From positions 288,001-352,000 of the forward strand of contig CAXXTH010000010.1 of NCBI GenBank assembly GCA_963668025.2: a stretch of DNA of 64,000 nucleotides, in the 5' to 3' direction. This document shows positions 61,836 to 64,000 of this stretch, piece after piece (the first letter of the stretch is position 1; each line of letters begins with the position of its first letter). A program made the translations under genes and the position numbers. This stretch comes from Candidatus Hydrogenedentota bacterium. Its GTDB lineage: Bacteria; Hydrogenedentota; Hydrogenedentia; Hydrogenedentales; SLHB01. The notes beneath the pieces are model-generated. The model was given only the letters and a program-made list of their open reading frames with translations. It had not been told where the DNA came from and searched no databases.

Positions 61836-63016
61836 GCGAGGCCGATCTCCTCATCGGTGAGATAGCACGCCGGATCGGGCGCCCAGACATCCCCCGTGAC
61901 GGCCTCGGCCCGCACGCGAAAATTGCCGCCGCAGATGCCCAGCCATTTGCACTCCGCGCACCGGCCCTTCACATGCGCCTTCTTGTTCTTGAGCTGCATC
62001 AGGAACTCGTTGCCCGTATCCATCCAGATATCGCCGAAATCGCGCTCGCGCACATTGCCCAGCGCCAGGTGCCGCCAAAATTGATCCGGGTGGACCGTCC
62101 CATCCCAGGACACACAGGCGATGCCCCGGCCCGACGAGTTGCCCTCGTTGAATTGGAGCAATTGCAGCACCTGGGCCGCACGCTCGGGATTCTCGCGGAG
62201 GAGGCGCAGATATACATACACGCCGTCCGCATGGTTGTCCACGGTCAACACTTCTTTCGGATCGCCGCGCCGGTGGGCCTCAGCGGTGAGGTCGATGATC
62301 TGGTCCACTGTGCGGCGCGCCTCGGCGTAGCCGAGGTCTTCTTCCACCAGCGCGCTCCCGCGCCCCGAATACACCAGATGATAGAAGCAGACGCGGGGAA
62401 TGCCTTCCTCGCGGATCAAGTCGAACATGGCCGGGATCTCGGAGGTGTTCCGCCGGTTGATGGTGAAGCGCAAGCCTACTTTCAGCCCGACGTCCTGGCA
62501 GGCGCGGATGCCCGACAACGCACGGGCGTAGGCCCCCTCGACGCCACGGAATTGATCGTTCACCAGTTCCGTACCGTCAAGGCTCACGCCGACATACGAG
62601 AGATTGAAGTCTTTGAGGCGGGCTGCGGCGTCCGGCGTGATCAACGTGCCGTTCGTGCTGATGACCGCACGCAATCCGCGCGCCGTAGCGTACTCGATGA
62701 GTTCAAACAAATCCTTCCGGATGAGCGGTTCGCCGCCGCTGAACAAAAGCACCGGTGCGCCGAAGTCCGCCAGCATGTCAATAAGACGCATGCCTTCAGC
62801 GGTTGAGAGTTCGCCCTCATACGACTGGCATTGCGACTGCGAGTAGCAATGGACGCATTTTAGGTTGCAGCTCCGGGTGCAATTCCACACGACGACAGGC
62901 TTTTTGTCTTCCGAAAATTGCAGGAGATGGCTCGGAAGCGAGCCTGACTTGCGCCCGTAGCGCAGGGCGTCCGAAGGCTCGACCGTGCCACAATAAAGTT
63001 TGCTGATGCCGATCAT
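61832..63016 (-). CDS. ahbC: Radical SAM Fe-coproporphyrin III synthase
   Basis: MIGISKLY, PVVVWNCTRSCNLKCVHC, TVDNHADG, HPDQFW and CGGNFRVRA motifs. Confidence 0.9.
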   Translation of the reverse strand: MIGISKLYCGTVEPSDALRYGRKSGSLPSHLLQFSEDKKPVVVWNCTRSCNLKCVHCYSQSQCQSYEGELSTAEGMRLIDMLADFGAPVLLFSGGEPLIRKDLFELIEYATARGLRAVISTNGTLITPDAAARLKDFNLSYVGVSLDGTELVNDQFRGVEGAYARALSGIRACQDVGLKVGLRFTINRRNTSEIPAMFDLIREEGIPRVCFYHLVYSGRGSALVEEDLGYAEARRTVDQIIDLTAEAHRRGDPKEVLTVDNHADGVYVYLRLLRENPERAAQVLQLLQFNEGNSSGRGIACVSWDGTVHPDQFWRHLALGNVRERDFGDIWMDTGNEFLMQLKNKKAHVKGRCAECKWLGICGGNFRVRAEAVTGDVWAPDPACYLTDEEIGLA

Positions 63017-63131
63017 TTGTTTTCCTTAGTGATATAGGCCTAGGGAATCGCATTAAAGGGCCTTATTTTTTTACCACTATCGTCTGAGTATTATAATGTG
63101 CTTGCCAACTCCTCGCATTGCCGAAGAATTG

Positions 63132-63194
63132 GCCACAAGAAGCGCAAGAGACACAAAAGGTAAATCTGTTTTGTGTTTTTGTGCTTCTTGTGGC
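63132..63194. repeat. Triple-nonamer inverted-repeat element (CACAAGAAG class), 10-nt spacer
   Basis: gccacaagaagcgcaagagacacaaaa and ttttgtgtttttgtgcttcttgtggc. Confidence 0.8.
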
Positions 63195-63214
63195 TATTCG
63201 TTACTTTCTCCATT

Positions 63215-64000
63215 TCAATGAGATCGCCCTGCTATATAAGCCCGTATCGCCACCGCCAAGCCCGGTATGGTGGATACCTTCGCCACTGTGGCGATGGCGA
63301 TGCCCGTTTCCGTGAGGGTGTGCGACGTGATGGGGCCGATGCTGGCGGCACGTACATGGGGCAAAATGGCCTCCCGCCGCTCCATCGGGATCAGCTCCAC
63401 AAAATTCGTGACGGTCGAGGAACTGGTGAATGTCACCAGGTCGATATCGTCCATTTCTAGCCGTTCAAGCAAACTTTCCGGCAAGGCGTCCGCTTGCAGC
63501 GTCTTATACGCGGCGGCCTCGCACACTTCCGCGCCGCGCGCGCGCAGGCCGTCCGCTAGGTCGATGCGCGCCAATTCTGAACGCGGCAGCAAATAGCGCT
63601 GTCCCTGAAACGCCTCGGTCTTGTCCAATTCCTCCAGTATCGCTTCCGCGATGTAACGCTGGGGCGTCAAATCTGGCCGTATGCCTTTCGCCATCAGGCG
63701 CATGGCGGTTGCCGGGCCGATGGAGGCGATCTTCACGCCCGCCAGCGCACGCGCGTCTTTGCCTTCCAATTCCAGGGCCTCGAAGAAAGCATCCACGCCA
63801 TTCACGCTCGTAAATACGAGCCAGTCAAACACGCTGGGAATCGCCGCCGCTTCGCGCATCGCAGGCGTATCGGCAAGACTTTCCGTGCGAATGCTCGGCG
63901 CGGTAATGACCTCCGCGCCCATGGATTCCAGAAGTTCGGCGAGGTCCGACGCCTGCGCGCGGGCGCGTGTCACCACGATGGCGCGGCCGAAAAGGGAGCG
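63215..64000 (-). CDS. hemD: Uroporphyrinogen-III synthase domain, probably the C-terminal half of a CobA/HemD fusion (5' end outside window)
   Basis: LFGRAIVVTRAR, FTSVNGV, IGPATA and FTSSSTV motifs. Frame is open to the window edge. Confidence 0.9.
   Translation of the reverse strand, partial: RSLFGRAIVVTRARAQASDLAELLESMGAEVITAPSIRTESLADTPAMREAAAIPSVFDWLVFTSVNGVDAFFEALELEGKDARALAGVKIASIGPATAMRLMAKGIRPDLTPQRYIAEAILEELDKTEAFQGQRYLLPRSELARIDLADGLRARGAEVCEAAAYKTLQADALPESLLERLEMDDIDLVTFTSSSTVTNFVELIPMERREAILPHVRAASIGPITSHTLTETGIAIATVAKVSTIPGLAVAIRAYIAGRSH

Overview
A 64-kb, mostly high-GC bacterial chromosome segment. Gene content tentatively suggests Candidatus Hydrogenedentota or a similar lineage (inference only). 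Housekeeping genes include rsmI, olsB/olsA-like acyltransferases, dCMP deaminase, argCJB followed by exbB-exbD-tonB-like genes, ruvC, yebC, cysE, greA, carB and a siroheme-dependent heme cluster (cobA/hemD, ahbC, fused ahbAB, ahbD, ccsA, hemA, hemL). It also carries glycan-modification genes, a sodium:solute symporter with an extra C-terminal domain, and two giant secreted repeat proteins. The mobile layer is rich. It includes an ISAs1 with a divergent passenger gene, a RAYT-like Y1 transposase between long inverted repeats, and ISKra4, IS66 and another DDE element piled into a decayed Rhs toxin/immunity locus. There are also two IS66-derived MITEs with target-site duplications, GTAG-type REP/REPIN-like repeats, and a family of small inverted-repeat elements whose arms are triple 9-10-nt units, nested inside other elements. 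No rRNA, tRNA or CRISPR array was seen. All calls were made by eye from sequence motifs, with no database search.
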